Assembly (NCBI GenBank): GCA_024641665.1
Contig: JAHECP010000010.1
Span: 3,941 to 67,940, forward strand
Direction of reading: 5' to 3'
DNA from: Acidobacteriota bacterium
GTDB lineage: Bacteria > Acidobacteriota > Vicinamibacteria > Vicinamibacterales > JAHECP01
DNA: 64,000 bases
The position numbers and the translations under genes were made by a program. The first letter of the stretch is position 1. Each line of letters begins with the position of its first letter. Below the pieces are notes generated by a model. The model was given only the letters and a program-made list of their open reading frames with translations. It was not told the DNA's origin and made no database searches. Shown piece by piece: positions 62,083 through 64,000 of this stretch.

Positions 62083-63195
62083 TCAGGCAATGGCGGGACG
62101 GGGGCCGGCTCCAGCCGCCGACGACGTCGAGCCGCGAAGAAGCCGGGAGCCTTGACGACGACGTGCGGCCTCACGATCGGCCGACGGCGATAGGAACGCC
62201 GGCCCCGTGCCGAGCGCCTCGTCGGTCAGGCGCATCGATTCGGCTCCATCGCGCACCGTGCCCGTCAGCGCGCGGATCGCGTCGATGTTCTCGCGAACCA
62301 CCGTCCCTTCGTCGAACACCTGGCACGCGAAGAAGGCTTCGTGGCCCTGCACCGCGAGCAGATCTTCCCAGACGACGACGCTGCCGAGCTCGCCGTCGAG
62401 ACAGCCCACGTCGCACATGAGCTCGGCGAGGATCCCGTCGCACATGCGGGCGACCACGACGCGCGGCGCGGCGCACAGGGCGCCGAGCACCGCGTCGGGC
62501 GTGGAGCGGCGCGCCAGCTCCACGCGCCACGAGTGCAGATGGCACCGTGCGTGCGGCGCGTCGGCCTCGGCGAGCGTCACGTTCAGGTCGGGTGCCAGTT
62601 CCTGTGCGTCGCGGGCACGAGCGAGCGTGCGGATCCGTGCGTCCGACACGCGCCGGCCCAACGCGTTCGCGCACCGCCCGCACCGGCCCGCGAGGGTGCC
62701 GGATGCGCGCGCGAGCAGCCCGGCCCGTCTCAGGACGCCGAGCGTCCGCACGACCGCCGCCGTATCGCTCGACACCACCCTCGTGGCCGGCAGGCCCACG
62801 ACCGACTCGTAATTGACCTCGGCCAGAAACGGGGGCGCGGCCGCCGCCTGCGTTCCGCCGGTCTGCAGGACCGCCCTGACGCCCGCCGCGCCGTAGCGCT
62901 TCAGGATCTTCGCTGCGGTACCGGCCGGGGCACAGTCGACGACGACGTCGATCTGCTCCAGGAGATCGTCGAGACGCGCGTGGACGGGGATCGCCGACGC
63001 CGGCAGTCCATGCGACACGGCCGGCGTGGCGTACACCGCGAAGCCGCGCCGGGCCGCGTTCGTCGCCCGGCGGCCACTCGAGACGTCGCGGATGCCGACC
63101 AGCGTCATGTCCGGTTGGGCCTGGACGGCGCGAGCGATGCTCCAGCCCAGAAGTCCGTCTCCGTTTACGCCCACTCGCACTCGGTCTCTCGTCAT
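62083..63195 (-). CDS. type II (archaeal-type) glyceraldehyde-3-phosphate dehydrogenase homolog lacking the catalytic Cys
   Basis: ATG 63195 (MTRDRVRVGVNGDGLLGWSIARAV). Also VVDCAPAGTAAKILKRYGAAGVRAVLQ and VVRENIDAIRAL. TRVVSSDTAAV occupies the place of the RVVSCNTTG active-site motif. Confidence 0.75.
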   Translation of the reverse strand: MTRDRVRVGVNGDGLLGWSIARAVQAQPDMTLVGIRDVSSGRRATNAARRGFAVYATPAVSHGLPASAIPVHARLDDLLEQIDVVVDCAPAGTAAKILKRYGAAGVRAVLQTGGTQAAAAPPFLAEVNYESVVGLPATRVVSSDTAAVVRTLGVLRRAGLLARASGTLAGRCGRCANALGRRVSDARIRTLARARDAQELAPDLNVTLAEADAPHARCHLHSWRVELARRSTPDAVLGALCAAPRVVVARMCDGILAELMCDVGCLDGELGSVVVWEDLLAVQGHEAFFACQVFDEGTVVRENIDAIRALTGTVRDGAESMRLTDEALGTGPAFLSPSADREAARRRQGSRLLRGSTSSAAGAGPRPAIA

Positions 63196-63245
63196 CGTGA
63201 ACCTTCGATCTTCCCGGCGTTCGGCGGAAGTGACGCGCTGAGATC

Positions 63246-63770
63246 TCAGTCGTCGCCTCCCGACACCCAGTTGGACAGCACCTGAACGGTCCGATCCGGG
63301 TTCGCCGGATCGTTGGTAGCGAGATGGACCCGGAAATCGTGCGGGCCGTCCATCCCGCTCTGCATGGTGAACTGCATCGAGATCGTCGTGCGCTCGCCGG
63401 GCCGCAGGACCATCGAACCGATGGTCGGCGCGGGCGGTCAACAGCCCTCGACGACGCTCACCCAGGGACGCGACTGGAACCGAAGCAGGCCGGTGCCCGT
63501 GTTCATCACCTGCAGGGACGCGGTGGCCCAGTCGCCGAGGCGTACGTCGCCGAGGTCGATCGACCCGGGCGTGACGAGCAGCGCAGGCCGGCCTCCTGGG
63601 ACCGGATCGGACACGCCGGCCTGCTGCGTGCGCCAGCCCGCGAACGTGACGACGAGGGCCGCGAGGCCGGCAATCGCGACGATCCAGCGAAGGCGCGTCC
63701 GACGCGGCCGCGCGTCGACGCCGGGCGCGGGGCCGGGGCGCTTCGCGCGCTTCCGTTTCCTCTTACTCAT
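63246..63770 (-). CDS. DUF1573-like membrane-anchored protein interrupted by an in-frame TGA (selenocysteine candidate or nonsense mutation)
   Basis: GGAGGA-N5-ATG at 63770. MSKRKRKRAKRP..., TM helix (WIVAIAGLAALVVTFAGW), then LLVTPGSIDLGDVRLGDWATASLQVMNTGTGLL...VVEGC, then TGA (63438-63440). The same frame continues as PPAPTIGSMVLRPGERTTISMQFTMQSGMDGPHDFRVHLATNDPANPDRTVQVLSNWVSGGDD* with good GC3 bias. Confidence 0.55.
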
Positions 63771-64000
63771 CTCGATCCTCCAGGTCCCGGGACGCGTGAA
63801 CGTCAGGCTGACCTCGCTGACCTGCCCCGGCTTCACGTCCACGACCGGCAGGTCCGTCCGTCCCACGGCAAACCCGTGCATCACGTCGTCGGAGGTCAGC
63901 CGCAGCCGGAGCGGCTGGCCGACGGTCGCCGTGAGGTGGTCGGGCGTCCATCCGCCGTCGCTGGCCATGCGGGCGTGAAGGGTGATGGTCGCGTGAGGTT
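63771..64000 (-). CDS. cupredoxin-like domain protein, C-terminal fragment; open at the window edge and lacking its own stop codon
   Basis: ...HATITLHARMASDGGWTPDHLTATVGQPLRLRLTSDDVMHGFAVGRTDLPVVDVKPGQVSEVSLTFTRPGTWRIE runs in frame straight into the ATG at 63770. The usual C-terminal Cys/His/Met copper ligands after PGTW are absent. Confidence 0.5.

Noticed and set aside
62083-63441. 452-aa version of the GAPDH-like ORF starting at TTG 63441
   Set aside because: Its first 82 codons are the out-of-frame reading of the DUF1573-like tail. ATG 63195 aligns with the GAPDH N-terminus (VGVNGxGxxG).

Overview
High-GC (about 70%) chromosomal segment. The gene content suggests an Acidobacteriota-like soil bacterium, but that is inference only. 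I saw no rRNA, tRNA, CRISPR array, transposase or integrase.

Layout, left to right:
- Two tandem sulfatase-like + TPR genes.
- A triplicated cassette: promoter-like motif, TonB-dependent receptor with a CarboxypepD_reg domain, then a terminator hairpin.
- A minus-strand operon: HlyD adaptor, ABC ATPase, two FtsX/MacB-type permeases, a 676-aa polytopic membrane protein and a secreted beta-propeller. Three junctions are ATGA/GTGA overlaps.
- A decayed beta-lactamase-family gene and an SDR epimerase.
- A 12-gene respiratory supercluster on the minus strand: Alternative Complex III actABCDEF(G), SCO, and caa3-type oxidase subunits II, I, III and IV.
- Housekeeping genes: nitroreductase, thioredoxin-like protein, agmatinase, M61 peptidase and fumC.
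- A metal (probably copper) island: cusCBA-like RND pump, SHOCT, a PII-like protein, a CopA P-type ATPase, several YHS/TRASH proteins and Met/His-rich proteins. An MBOAT/AlgJ O-acetylation module interrupts it.

Most unusual signals:
1. Families of exact 7-nt tandem repeats, often as inverted arrays around a small core. They fill most intergenic spacers and also occur in frame inside copA.
2. A 54-nt REP-like palindrome flanked by 8-nt direct repeats, inserted in frame in the HlyD adaptor gene.
3. An in-frame TGA directly after a Cys codon in a DUF1573-like gene, followed by a SECIS-like hairpin.
4. A C7 homopolymer frameshift three nucleotides after a well-placed start codon.
5. Conserved sigma-54-like and CRP-like sites.
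6. Several genes that look internally deleted.
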